A stretch of 64,000 bases of DNA from Octopus vulgaris (taxonomy: Eukaryota), in assembly GCA_951406725.2 (NCBI GenBank), contig OX597816.1, forward strand, positions 77,004,001 through 77,068,000, given 5' to 3'. The stretch's first letter is position 1, and each line of letters starts with the position of its first letter. The notes beneath the pieces are model-generated. The model was not told where the DNA came from and did not search any database. It saw nothing but the letters and a program-made list of their open reading frames with translations. Below, one piece after another: positions 50,505 to 64,000 of the stretch. The position numbers were made by a program, and so were the translations under genes.

Positions 50505-50720
50505 AAGGCGGTGAGCTGGTTAAGGTTAGCACGTCGGGCTAAGCACTTAGCGGTACTTCGTCTGCCGTTACGTTCTGAGTTCAAATTCCGCCGAGGTTGA
50601 CTTTGCCTTTCATTCATTCGAGGTCGATAAATTGAGTACCAGTTGCGTACTGTGGTTGATGTAACCGACTATCCCCTTCCCCAAATTTCAGGCCTTGTGC
50701 CCGTAGTAGAAAGGATTATT
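50505..50720 (+). mobile_element. SINE family A
   Basis: aaggcggtgagctgg..gtagaaaggattattatt. Confidence 0.85.
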
Positions 50721-52632
50721 ATTGTTGTTGTTGCAGTTATCATCATCATCATTGGTTCTTTTGCAACATGATAATAATTTTTCTAGTAATATTTAAGAGG
50801 TCTTTTTTTCTTCCGAAATGCTTTTTACATTTTGTTTTTATATTTGGTTAGTTTTGTTGAAAAATATATGATCAAAAATATTTCAGCCACGCTGATAACG
50901 TATTTATGGAAAAAACTAAAGTTATTAGAAATTCTTAAAAAGAAAATAAAAAATTAAAATTAAATATATCAATTTTACGCATCATTTTCCTCGTAATTCT
51001 TTAATTTCATATTCAAATTTCTAATCTCAACCAGATTTTACGAAGAAATCATGATCTACCATACGGTAGCTGTCATCTCTAGAGAAACCATTTACGACTA
51101 CATTATACTATATCTTTCCTTTAAGATGATAGATTGCGCTTGAAGGAAATTCTGTTACTATTTTTATAAGATCGAATAACCACAGAGTTGCATCGTTGTT
51201 ATTGTTGTTGTTTATCTTGCTGTTCTTGTCGCCGCTTGTTGTTTTCGTTGCTGTTTAATAACAAGACTTTAATTTATTCTGTCTTCCACCGCCCCTCCCC
51301 ACTTTTACAAATACGTTTACTTTCTTTAGACTCTTCGAACTTCTGCAATCAACAACTTTCTCACACTAAATCACTCCTTCCATCGACGACATTTGTCTTC
51401 GTCCATCCCTCAGGAAAATGACAAAGCAGGTAGTCTCATTCACACTATACTGATAACGATGGCGCAGAAACTGAATCTTTGGCAATCCTCTACAAATTTT
51501 ATCGACACACAGACACTTCACGTCCTTCATTCCTTTCTCACTTCCAAACCCTTATTTACCACAATATAACTGTTAATTCGCCTATCAAGTCCTCCGACTA
51601 CTTCCTTACCGGGCCTACCCCCCACATACTACTCAAATCCCCCATCTTCACAACAATATAGCACTTCAAGTCAGCTGACCAGTCGGTATGTAAACTAACC
51701 CTAGTACCACATATCATTCATCGATGACCCATCCGTAACAAGAGAGAGAGAGAGAGTGAAACGATTCACACATATGTTAAGTTATATTGATAAAGTTTTT
51801 TTTTCTATCAAGCTGCCTCTACTGCATATTACGAATTTTATTCTGCTTATACGACGCCTTTGCGAACTAGTGCATATTTCATACACTATCTCTATATATA
51901 TTATATCAGACGGGCTGACTCGATTTCGTTTCGGTAGTGATACAGATACGTGACATTGACAAACCGCAAAACTGACAAAATACGTATCTGTCGTTCTACA
52001 TTCACTTATGGGACGATTTCGTTTCGCTTAGTTCTGAAATATGTTGTAGTTTTTAACATAATACGTCTATAAAGGAAATCTTTCGGATGTTAAACGGCGG
52101 CTTCTAGCTTTTTAAGGAGACACACGTTAAGTATGATGTATTCATAAACCTTTTACTATAGATCTGCTTCTATTGCATAATTCGAATTTCATATTAATGG
52201 TTGTTTTTATATCGTCTTACGATAAAAGCAATTTAACATTAAACTGAAAAATTACTTAATACATTTTGTATGGCACATGTTTATTATACTTTTACAAGAG
52301 GAGGAGTGATAATGGCTTCGTAGTTACTGGCACCCCTCTTGTAAAAATATTATATATATACATATATTTAATAAATACTTTCTTTGAAAAGAGAAAAGGT
52401 AGAAGAGAGAGATAGACATCCAGTCCTTAGAACGTTGTGCAGAAAAAGAAAGATGGTCACGTGAGGAAAAGAAAGATGGACGATGATCACGTGTGAGCAA
52501 CGAGAGAGAGAAAAAGAGGGAGAGAGACAGATAGAAAACGGTAAATGGGAGAAAATGGGAATTATAGAAGAGTGGGGGATAAAACAGTATAGAGTAGAGT
52601 CGCATCAAAAGGGTTAAGATAAACTTAGGTGG

Positions 52633-52674
<42 letters not shown>

Positions 52675-53460
52675 TTTAAAAGGGGCCACTAGTGGTTTCA
52701 TGCGTTAGAGTTACAATAATTTGACAGATTTATATGACATGCCGTGTGTCTCCAACCAATGTTTCTGGCTCAATGCATATCGTCAGACCTATTAAAAAAC
52801 TAGGAAGTTGGTCTCTATAAAAACATGAGGAAAAACGGGAAGAGTAACACGAAAAAAATTGATGCAAAAAGTGGAACGAGAAGAAAAGTAAGAAAATCCA
52901 AGATCTCCTCTTCTTTGTCAGTAGAAATCATAATTAATCTATCTGGGGTAGAATAATATAACGGAGTGACCAAAGTCTGTGAGATAGCATCACAAGTCGG
53001 AGAGGGCGGTGTACACCATTTCAATAAAAGAAATTTGCCATTGAGCTAGCATTTGCTAAACATTTCGGAACTAGTAGTATGGTAGAATTCTTACATGTAT
53101 AAATAATGTGCGATTATTCAGTTGTACATCACTTGAATCTCTTTTATCCATTTATACATGGCGTGGATTTCTCCAGTCTTTTCAGCTTGATTGTATGTAA
53201 GAGCCGTTCTGCAAACCACCAGCCCCTTTTCTTCCTGTTTTTGCATAACCCAGTGTCCTACTTTTTAAATAAGCCTAAAGCTTTGCACTGAGCCTGAAAG
53301 ATTGCCTGGAGACATATGGAGATTTAATAGAAATCAGCCAAATTATAGCACCTCTGCAGTATGAAATTATTAGTAACACTTATATAAATTGTGTATATTA
53401 AACATTTATCTTTCACTGGCTAGAGGATTATTTTGTTGATCCTACCTATAATGGAAGAGC

Positions 53461-53515
<55 letters not shown>

Positions 53516-53600
53516 ATAGTAGTACAACAATATATATAAGCATACATGAATTTGCATACATATATTTGTGTGTGTATATATAAACAAATACTTATATACA

Positions 53601-53636
<36 letters not shown>

Positions 53637-53826
53637 ACAAATATGTTATGTGCATGTAAAATGCATACTGCGTTTTCACACACACACACACACACATACA
53701 CACATACACACATACATATGGGTATGTGTATACAATTGCAAATAGACACGCACGTACAAACAACAATGGCTTCATATGTTCATGAAAGTTTTTACTAATA
53801 TTTGTATTGTGTATATGTTTTATATG

Positions 53827-53878
<52 letters not shown>

Positions 53879-54209
53879 ACTCGTGTATGTATTATCTCTC
53901 CCAGACATATTAGAATCTCATACAGAGATAAAATTGCTTTGGCTGGTGGGGGAATGTATGTAAAAATAAATAGCATTGTAACAATTCTTTTGGTTAGGAA
54001 TCTTTATACAAACATAGAATTATGTTTTCTTGTGGCGTTGGGCGATTGTAGTTGATTATTTGCATTGTAAACACTGTCACGGGTAACATAAATATCCAAA
54101 TATATTCTTAAAGATGGAACTACGTTTGTTTATTGAACTAAATACGCTTCAAAATATGCACGTGTGTGTGCGTATACACACACAGATACATATATGCACA
54201 AATACTTAT

Positions 54210-54266
<57 letters not shown>

Positions 54267-54304
54267 CATATAAATGTGTATATTACACAAATATACATAT
54301 ATGC

Positions 54305-54350
<46 letters not shown>

Positions 54351-55429
54351 ATTATGTATATAAAACAAGCATTGAACTACAAATGTATTTTTGTTAAAAC
54401 TCTTCATTCTTATTGAAAAGGCAAATGAAAAAATGAGAGAAATAATAAGAATTATGCTAAGCTGGTAGAGTTATGCAGAAACAATGAGTGGCTAGCAAGG
54501 TGTGAACCCATTGACTTTGGGGGCAAAAGATTTACATGTCAGTCCTTCTGCTGAGGTTACATTTTGGGCATCACAGGTGCCACTAAGAGGAAAGCTAACA
54601 AGTTGGCTACAGAGGTAGCAGGAGTAGCGTGAAGGTGATTTTGGTTGAAGTGTGAGCCCTGAAAAAGGCAGACAGGACTACCTGAGGTGATACTAACTTG
54701 AATTGTGCTGTGTCTTGATTAACCGTGGTTGGATCGCTTGTATGGCTGTATCTAAATGTTGAAGGACCCCCCCAAAACATCCATTGATTCCAGAAAGTAT
54801 CACGCATAATGTATCAAAGTGCATCACGGGGTGATATATTTATTTGGAATAACCTGTGCTACCAGGAAGTGGGCGAGTAACACCTAAGAACTTAGTGATG
54901 GCAGATGAAGAGATAGCAGATAGTCCTGAGAGATGGCAACGGGGAATCCCCATTTGCATCTACAAATACGAACAACCTACATCAAGCTACAGATAATCCT
55001 AAGGTGAAATGCCCTAAGATTTCTCGAGTGCGGAGGAGAATGTGTATCTCAATCAGACAGACCACTAATAGCGACTAATAACCATAGAAAATCAACAGCG
55101 AATTTGGAGTATGTGTGTAGGTAAATTTGCAAGAATCCGCGTGACCTGATAACCGACCCCCCAGTCAAGACGAAGTGCGTGAAGATAATACAAGTATCAT
55201 AGTGCGCAAGAACCAACTCTGGTAAAACGGAGATAAAGCCAGGCCTATAGTCAATCCACTGTTTCCCGAACATTATAAAGTCGCAAGCCCAAGATCTACG
55301 CAAAGTGACCGAAAATCGTTCGATAAAGTAAAGTGGCCTCCAAAGAACAAGGAGTAGTTGTGGCGCAGATTTTATACGTATGTTGACTCTAGACACACAC
55401 ATACGCTCACCATTGTACGTGTCTCGAGT

Positions 55430-56425
55430 GGAAAGAGACAAAGAGGAGGAATTCTCTCTATCTCTGCATCTAAAAGAATGCACGTGTTTGAAGGCTTTGG
55501 CCGTCATGCTGGCGCAGTACCTTGTGATACCATGAGATTGTCTGAGGGTCGCTCTGTAGACTACAGCCTTTGACAGGTGAGATCTTCCTAAAGAGCAGCT
55601 GGTAGGGTTTCGGAAATTACAGGTTGAGACGAGAGTTTGTGCGGGTGCATGTTTACGTCTGTTGTAGCGTGCACTGTTGAAGCGATGTTGTCTACACAAA
55701 TCGTTCAAATTGGCGTTATGTACGTTGAAAAGCTTATAGTACTCATGGCTCCTAGCTACGTTGGTGCAAACCTCTAGGTTAAATGTAGGGTTGAACCAGA
55801 ATAATATCTTTCTCTTTCTGGTCCTTTTCGAGTGCGGAGGAGGAAGTTGAGGGAGCATTATTACTAGCTTCTCGGTGGGGGCTGCTCTGTTGAAGATCTC
55901 AAGCTGTAAGCTTACATATTCTTCTGCTAATGCCTGAAACTAGGGTTCTAATTGCAACGGGCGAGGGCAGTGATTCAACCTTCAGTGAATGTACATAGTC
56001 TCCTCGTTGGAATTCCTCTAAGAGTAGAACTTGCATGTCTTCGGGTCTAGAGTCACGTCTAGGAAGTCGATCGTGGTCACGTTGGTGGTAACTGTTATGG
56101 ACAGGTCGAATTCTTTGAATATTTTACCAGGTCCTTCCTAACCTAGTCCATGATGTGGCCATTCGCATGGATTCAGATTTCCAGGCTGTCGTCCCTGTTA
56201 AGAGCCAACCAGTGAGGATGTGTGTTTCTTGGTTATATCCAAGATAAATAAACCGGCGAGGGCAGTGATCTCAGCTCCGTCATAAGTCCTCATAAAAACA
56301 TCGAACATAGGATCGCCTTCTTTCTTTATCCAGAAAGAGTTATTGTGAATACATTCGCTTAGAGATTTGTTTCATTTTCTCTCGAGACTTTGCGACATCT
56401 GGAATGAAACTTTCAACATCGAATG
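55430..56425 (-). mobile_element. Naiad-type PLE (RT plus GIY-YIG), degenerate
   Basis: Minus strand: FDVESF, FDVFMRTYDGAEI..LAGLFIL, RDDSL, DFLDVT, RKRKI.WFNP.F, TCNFRNPTSCSL..VVYRA. Confidence 0.82.
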
Positions 56426-56846
56426 GAGTATCATCGACAGGGCTCCTCCTTACTCACCCGGTGCCCGCAATTGCCAGCTCAGTCTCCGTGAAATGCTGCA
56501 GATTCTTCACTAGCCTGTATATCCATCAACAGAAAATACGAACTATCTTATTGCTACCATCAGAGGTACGATCTCCTGGTGAACTTCAAACCGGTGGCAG
56601 CTGACAGCCGAGTTATATAACCTTAACATCGGCTGCCGCTCAACACTAACTATCCTACATCCAGTATACACAACACACACATATACACCTGCACCGGTCA
56701 TGTGTTTGATGACCCTTAGATCCCTTCAATGATCAGCCCGACAGCAAGGCACCACCAGCTTCCTATCCAGCCACGTGGATCATCGCTGGAATATCGGTCG
56801 GTGGAATCAAACCGTTGTAATACATTTAAATATATATACATATATA

Positions 56847-57992
56847 CAGGGGTTGGACAAAATAATGGAAGCACTTAGCATCATAGCATCATAATTTTGA
56901 AATATCTATAAAACCGTCAAAAGCTTGTTCATTCTTATGTTTTTTTGGTTTATTATTAGTGTTGCTTAATATGTTTTGCTAAAATTCCTGTTTCCTTTCA
57001 GAGATCATCAGAAAAAGGTAATTAAAATTCATTAAAATGACAAATCTATCGGACTTTCAAAGAGGCGCTAGCGTAACGAAAACATCCGAAATGTTTGGTG
57101 TATCAAGAAGTATTCTCTCGAAAGTAATGATAGCCTTTGAGAAAGAGGGAAAAACCTCCACGTCGAAACAAAAATCCGGAAGAAAACAAACACTTTCAGA
57201 TAGGGACAGCTCCCAAAATTACTGCAGAGCTTAATCACCACTTCGAAAATCCGGGTTCCACAAAAATTGTTCGCCGGGAGCTGCACAAAGCCGGATTTCA
57301 CTGGAGGGCTGCAATCAGAAAACCACTACTTTCAAAAACAAACGTTGCAAAGCGTTTAAAATGGAGTAAAAACCTACAGAACTGGTGTCGAGTCATCTTT
57401 TACCTTATTTCCGACCACAGGCCGAGTATACATGTGGAGACAGCCAAAAGAAGCATTCGACTCAGACTGCCTTCTTCCAACTGTTAAACATGGAGAAGGA
57501 TCTGTGATGATATGGTGGGCTATTTCTTGGAAATCCACCGGCCCAATGATTTCCTTTCATGGCAGAATTAATAGTCAGGATTATTTAAGCATTTATTTAA
57601 TCAAATTCATCCTATGGTTGCAGAACAGTTTCCGGAGGGAAACGCAATCTTTCAGGATGATTATGCACCAATTCATACAGCTAAAGTTGTTACTGAATGG
57701 CACGAGGGACATTTTATCTGGCCACCACAGTCCCCAGATCTCAATATTATTGAACATTTATGGTACATTTTAGAAAAACAAGGAGTCGATATCCTCGATA
57801 TCATCACTACAAGAACTGTGGGCTGTTTTAGCTGAAGAATGGACAAAAATTCCTTAGGAAATAATTCAAACTTTGTACGAGTCTATAACTTGTAGAATTC
57901 AAGCTCTAATTACTGCCAAAGGCGGTCCTACCCATATTATAATAAATTTGTTTGAAATTTTAAGGTGTTTCTATTATTTTGTTCAACCCTTG
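56847..57992 (+). mobile_element. Tc1 (DD34E-type) DNA transposon, full span, frameshifted
   Basis: TIRs caggggttggacaaaataatggaa and ..attattttgttcaacccttg with TA flanks; RKPLLS, TVKHGEGSVMIW, FQDDYAPIH, WPPQSPDLNIIEHLW. Confidence 0.92.
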
Positions 57993-57995
57993 TAT

Positions 57996-58083
<88 letters not shown>

Positions 58084-58367
58084 TCCGGTTATATATATAT
58101 ATATATATATATATACATACATAAGTAAATAAATGCTCCTTTATAATAAATATATATATATATATATATATACATACATAAGAGGTGTACGCAGGTGTTA
58201 TTCAATTTCTTTACTTATGCTATGCAAATTACTGCACATTAACCCGGAGTTTCTACCTTTGAATAGGTCGCTACATCCTTGTTATTTGCGTGGATTTTGC
58301 TACCCTGGTAACCGTCTATTGAATTTTCCATGTTAACGGTAAACAAAGGATAATTCATTCATCCATT

Positions 58368-58452
<85 letters not shown>

Positions 58453-58453
<1 letters not shown>

Positions 58454-59727
58454 TAGGTCATTAAGAATGAAATGTTCGATTTTGAATTGAAAGTTTATTT
58501 TACTTTATCTCATCAAAAAGCAATGCAGATAATCGAAATCTGCATCTAAATTATCAACATAATTCTGCCATTTCATTGGTAGCTTATTTAAGCCTGCAGC
58601 GAAAAATTCTGAAGAGCAAGAGGTGATGAAATCACGAAAGGCTGTTTTTGCATCTTCTTCGGATTTGAAGTTGTTTCCTTGCAAAAAGTTATCCAATGCC
58701 TGGAAAACGTTATAGTCAGTTGGTGTAAGGTATGGTGAATATGGTGGATTACATAGTATTTCCATATTCAGTTCCTGTAACTTGAGTGGCGTTCTTTGTG
58801 CAACATATGGTCGAGCATCGTCTTGCATGAGAATTGGCCTGTCTCTATTGACCAATCTCGGTTGTTTAATTGCAAGTTCTCTCATCATTTCATCCAATTG
58901 GTTGATGTAAGCATCCGCTGTAATTGACTTACGAGGCCTCATGAAGCTGTAGTGAATGACACCAGCGCTGTATTTTTGGTGAATATTCTTTTTTGGATTA
59001 TGTTTTGGCACTTCGTCCCAATCTAACCGCTTGCTGCTCAATCCAATGTCTCAATCCAACGTTTGCTACTGTTGAAAAGTATCCATTTTTCATCACATGT
59101 AACAAAACGATGCAAAAATGGTTCGCTTTTATGACAGCAAAGAACAGCAAGTTTCAAGATAACGTATCATTTAATTTGGTGCTCGTTCAGTTTGTGTAGT
59201 ATCCACTTGTCCAGCTTCTTTTCTTTGCCGATTTGTTTCAGGTGGCCTAGTACAGTTGGAATCGAAACATCAAACCTTGCTGCTAACTAACGCATTGCTT
59301 GAGATGTATCCACTTCCACTACAGTTTCCAGTTCATCATTATCCACCTTGGTCTCAGGTCTAGCACGGGGTTGATTTTCAAGAGTAAAATCACCAAACCG
59401 GAACTTCTCAAACCATCGACGTACAGTGCGCTCATTCTCCACACCTTCATCAAACACCTCACTGATGTTTCGAGCTGTTCTGAGATACATTGGTTCCACT
59501 ACAGAACTAATACTCATAAACAACACGAATATTTTTCATCTATCCATGGGTTCACAAAAATTGATTTACAAGAGAAAACTCACAATATAATCAGACACCA
59601 TGAACTGCATTTCGAAAAGTGATGATGAAACTCTTCAATGCTGCAAAACAAAGAATTGTCAGGATAAAACATTAGAGCTAACGACTGTCAAACTTGATGC
59701 ATAAGAAAATCATGCTTCATGACCTGG
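58453..59727 (-). mobile_element. mariner (DD34D) DNA transposon, full span, inactivated
   Basis: ERTVRRWFEKFR.GDF.LE..PR, QDDARPY, PPYSPYLTPTDY; imperfect TIRs ..aggtcat.aag.atga flanked by TA. Confidence 0.9.
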
Positions 59728-59851
59728 TATGTGTGTGTGTGTCTGTATGCATGCATGCATGAATGGATGCATGCAAAAATAACACATACGTACGATGATA
59801 GAGAGAACAAGGAGTAGGTGAAAGATAGATACACACATACACACGCATATA

Positions 59852-61007
59852 CAGTTGCGGCCAAAATGTTCAGAACGGCATTGTTTTTGTCAGAAAAGTA
59901 GGTATAAGTTTTCATCAAAGTTGTTTTAGTGTCTATAATTTTCACAGACAATAAATACAATATTAATTGTTATTGTCTGAGATTTTGGTTTAATTTGAGA
60001 GGATAATACAAAAGTTATGGATGATTTAGTGATTTACTGCAAAACCCATGGCGACCAAAATGATCAGAACGGTTGCTTATACTCCGTGTTTTAGTATATT
60101 TAACCGGTGAACTCTAATGTTTTGAATTTGTTTACCTGACGGTTCGTTTACTAGACATTAGTTAGAATATCTGCAGTGTACTTTGTTAATATAATGCCAC
60201 TTACTCCGTTACCAATTCGTCAGCAGATTATTAAGCTTCGAAAGAAGGATAATTTAAGTATTGGGTCTATTGCAAAGATTGTTAACAAGTGAAAATTGTT
60301 GTTCACGGTATTCTTAAGGTCTACGATGATTGTGGTTCGTGTGAAGCAAGTCTACAGGTAGGCCAAAAAAACGACCAAGAGAGAAGATCGTGCTATGGTA
60401 AAGTTGGTTAAAAAGGACAGATTTAAAACTGCTGCTGCTGTTTCTCGAGAAATGAGCATTGTACTGAAGAAAACTTTATTTCGAAAAACTGTGTCTCGTC
60501 GTTTAGTTGAACATGACCTACAAGCAAGAGCACCTGCAGTGAAGCTACTGATTAGCTCCAAGAATAAAAAGTGTCGTCTTACCTTTGCAACCGAACATGT
60601 GTTGTGGTCTCAAGAAAAATGGCAAACGGTGCATTTCCGTGATGAATCTAAGTTTAAGTTATTTGGCTCAGATGGGAAAAGGTACGTTCGTCGAAAAGTA
60701 GGTGAAAAATTATCACCTAAATGCCTTAAGACTAGTGTTAAATTCGGTGGAGGAAGTGTCATGGTTTGGGGAATGATATCTGGAGATGGTGTGGGCCCTT
60801 TGGTGCGATTACATGGGTTTTGCAGTAAATCACTAAATCATCCATAACTTTTGTATTATCCTCTCAAATTAAACCAAAATCTCAGACAATAATAATTAAT
60901 ATTGTATTTATTGTCTGTGAAAATTATAGAATATAAGACAACTTTGATAAAAACTTATATCTACTTTTCTGACGAAAACAATGACGTTCTGAACATTTTG
61001 GCCGCAA

Positions 61008-61010
<3 letters not shown>
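59852..61010 (+). mobile_element. IR/DR-type Tc1 transposon with ~200-bp TIRs and an internal deletion
   Basis: cagttgcggccaaaatgttcagaacg at both ends; arms 59852-60050 and 60812-61010; W.TVHF.DESKFKLFGSDG..VKFGGGSVMVWG, then truncated. Confidence 0.92.
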
Positions 61011-61052
<42 letters not shown>

Positions 61053-61688
61053 TACACAGTGACATTTATGCACACCATATATCTGTGATTGTTCAACTGC
61101 ATTTATGTGTATATACTTATGCATACACACACACACACACACATGCACATTTCTTCAGATGCATTTGCTTTTTGTATTTTTTGTATGTGTACAGAGATCT
61201 ATTCCCATCTATATGCATACATATGTATGTGTGTGTGTGTGTGTGTAGATATATATTCTAGTTATGACAGATATATACCTGTAACCTACATATATTTCCA
61301 TTGAGTTTTTTTCCTTTTTTTTTTTTTTGTCCTTTCTTCTGAAATCTAATAGCCATTTTACCGATTCTACAAGATTTGCAGCTGTTTATAAGTGTAATAA
61401 TCATTTATAAATAGTTCCATTTTTTTTAGAAATTCTTTAGCTTTAGATATATTGCTATACATGCATATTATATACATACGCATACACACGTATGCCCGCT
61501 TTTCTATCGTTTATTCTCAATTATTTCATATTTCATAATTATAAATATAATTATAAATATAATTAAGGGTTTAGCAACAAGTTGCTTCACCACATACCGA
61601 AAACAGCCAAAGACAGCTAATTCTTTTAACTACAAACATGACCCCACAGACAACAAATTAATAATTCTTTACCCTATATCTGTAATGA

Positions 61689-61789
<101 letters not shown>

Positions 61790-62056
61790 ACATAAAGACT
61801 GCATTGTTTTTGTCTTTGGGCTTACATGTATTAACTATTATGTGTTAGCTATAATTGGAAATACACGATGCTATTAGTAGGAACTTATATTTTTTCAGAT
61901 ACTTGTATACATAACTGCTTGCTATATTTATATTATTAAATGAATATTTTTTTTTTGTACTTAGTCTCTATAGTTGTAGAATTACATGAGTATATATACA
62001 TATGAGTATATATATACCTTTGTATGTATATATGTACATACGTGTATATATATATA

Positions 62057-62170
62057 TCGCCGATGAAGGGATATTATTAATTAATATCCTAGAAACAGCT
62101 GTAAGACCTTCTATCTATAAATGCTCTAATATCTATACAGCCTTGGTTTTTTTATCTTATTACGCAATAT
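62057..62170 (+). ncRNA. 5'-truncated hammerhead-like PLE end, C4 variant
   Basis: CCGATGA-aggg-atatta/taatat-cct-a-GAAA-cagctg-TA. Palindromic stem III; the stem I 5' strand is largely lost. Confidence 0.5.
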
Positions 62171-62329
62171 ATATATATATATTAATGTGTCTGGGAAGAG
62201 TATTCTCTTTTAGTCCCTTATTATTTAACACACTCAACGGTTCGATTTCCACTCATTTACTTGTCTTGCAACCTTTCCGTAGTCGTTGACTGTCCGTTAT
62301 CAGATCTGCGTCCTTTTTTTTGTTTGTTT

Positions 62330-62800
62330 GTGCGCATGTGTGTGCGTCAGTGTATACACATATGTATACATGTATGTATGTATGTATGTATGTATGTATG
62401 CATGTATGTATGTGTGTATGTATGTATGTGTGTGTGTATGTACGTGTGTGTATGCATATTTGTGTCTGCATAAATATATATATTCATGCGTGTACGTTTG
62501 TATGTATGTATTTTGCATATTCATGTTTGTGTGTTTTTATGTGTGTGTATTTGTATGCATGTGTGTGTTTGTGTGTGTGTGTGTGTGTGTGTATTTCTGC
62601 GTGTGCCGCTGTCTCCTTGTGTGTGCATGTTTGTGTGTCTATGAATATGGGTGTGTGTGAATATGCATGTGCGTCTGTTATGTATGGATGTGTGCCTCCA
62701 TGTGTCCTTGTGCGTGTGTGTGAAGTGTGCTTGTGTGTATATGGTCATGTGTTTCAGTCTTCATTTGTATATGTATGTGTGTATGTGTGTGTGTGCTTGT
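62330..62800. repeat. Degenerate (GT)n/(TATG)n low-complexity tract
   Basis: Seen directly. Confidence 0.92.
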
Positions 62801-63295
62801 CTGTCCGTATTAGCTATATACGTCTACGTAATAGCCTGCTAACAACTCTACCTCTGTATATATAGAGATTAGTTGCCGAGCAGAAGGGAATGTCACGTTT
62901 AAAGTTGTAGAAAGGAGACCGACTAATGACAAACTTAGAGCTTTCTTATCCGGGCTATAAATTTTCATTTGCACTTATTGCCGTACGTGTATCGATCTGT
63001 GAAACGTCAGAATGTTATAAAAGCCGAAAAATGTTGGGGTTGTCTAATGAAGGAAACTAATTGGCACCTTCAAGTTGATTTTGCTTTTTTGTTTAATCTC
63101 TTGACATCAACATTACACACAATCGCGTGTACATATGGCATCTGCAAATACATGCCCACTTACAGAATAATTACAGACATTTGCTTGGATGAGATATGTA
63201 TGCTCGTAACTTAAATGCAAGTATCTCCTTGCATACATGTAAATATATACCTATATTACGCACAGGCACGGCTGTATGGTAAGAAGCTTGCTTCC

Positions 63296-64000
63296 GGTCG
63301 TTCACTGAGGTCAGTGTTGTTATTGATCCGTAAGGAATTTCATCGTTTTATATTGCATTTCTTACTGTTGCATTTTGGGATTGTTATTATTGCTGAATTT
63401 TGTGCTGTTGCTCAGCGTGCCGGGTTATAGAAATTGTTATTTCTTTTTGTAGCCATTCTGGCAATTTTTAAACAAAATATTGAAAAACAAAACGGACTTG
63501 TTAAAGTTGTTTTAGACTTTACGTTTGTGCACCGCTCCCTGCGGGGGTTGGATTTGAATTATTATCAGAAAATTTATAAACTGTTTTTTTGAAAATTATT
63601 ATATGTTTTCCTTGTGGAAAACCGATTTTTGTTATATTTTCTTGTGTAATTAATTTCGGCCGAGCATGTTGGTCGAAATTATACATGAAAAATGCACTCT
63701 CGAAGAGAATAATGTTAACTCTGTTAGGGAGTTTTCCGCGGTTGCCGCTATGGCAACCGAAAACATTGATATTCCTGTAGAGAAACTACAGGAATATCTT
63801 TTCAAGAGAATGAATGGGGAGGATGGAGATATCAAAATATCACTTTCCTTCAAGACGGTTGAAACAGACCGAAAAACAATAATATTTAAATCGTTCTGTC
63901 CAAAAAACAAACGATTTAAACATTTCGAAAAAGAGAAAATTGAAAAACGTCTTGCCTCGATTTGGAAGGACGTAGCGTATATTGCGAGGCCCAACACGTA
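63296..64000 (+). mobile_element. Probable 5' end of an L1/Tx1-like LINE (5' UTR plus ORF1 start)
   Basis: A non-repetitive UTR-like stretch starts where a SINE head breaks off, followed by an open frame running off the window. Confidence 0.5.
63750..64000 (+). CDS. Partial ORF, probable LINE ORF1 (MATENIDIPVEKLQEYLFKRMNGEDGDIKISLSFKTVETDRKTIIFKSF..)
   Basis: ATG in a strong Kozak context (gccgctATGg) and no stop for 83 codons to the window edge. It is absent from the ORF track because it is unterminated. Confidence 0.55.
   Translation, partial: MATENIDIPVEKLQEYLFKRMNGEDGDIKISLSFKTVETDRKTIIFKSFCPKNKRFKHFEKEKIEKRLASIWKDVAYIARPNT

Noticed and set aside
52680-53040. Possible Tc1-like transposase N-terminal remnant
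   Set aside because: Only a basic low-complexity peptide; I found no TIR pair or catalytic motif.

Overview
AT-rich, microsatellite-dense animal DNA with no host protein-coding exon that I can identify confidently. The SINE/LINE repertoire and the dense (TA)n/(TACA)n/(TAT)n tracts suggest a cephalopod (octopus-like) intron or intergenic region; this is an inference. The window is mostly transposon debris: several Penelope-like element (PLE) families (Neptune-type and Naiad-type), R4/Dong-like RLE LINEs, CR1-group LINEs, a Mag-type Gypsy, an L1/Tx1-like ORF1 start, Tc1 and mariner elements, MITEs, a non-autonomous Helitron and at least five SINE families. Most long ORFs in the supplied track are microsatellite artefacts. 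Four things stand out. (1) A near full-length GIY-YIG PLE (37.7-41.4 kb) has a separate upstream ORF joined to the RT frame by an in-phase U_UUU_UUA slippery heptamer, a candidate -1 programmed frameshift. (2) There are nine minimal hammerhead-ribozyme-like motifs, including recurrent core variants (U3-A8 twice, C4 twice). (3) A tRNA-derived Pol III head lies directly upstream of an intact hammerhead. (4) A ~1.6 kb PLE-derived palindrome sits inside a cluster of foldbacks.
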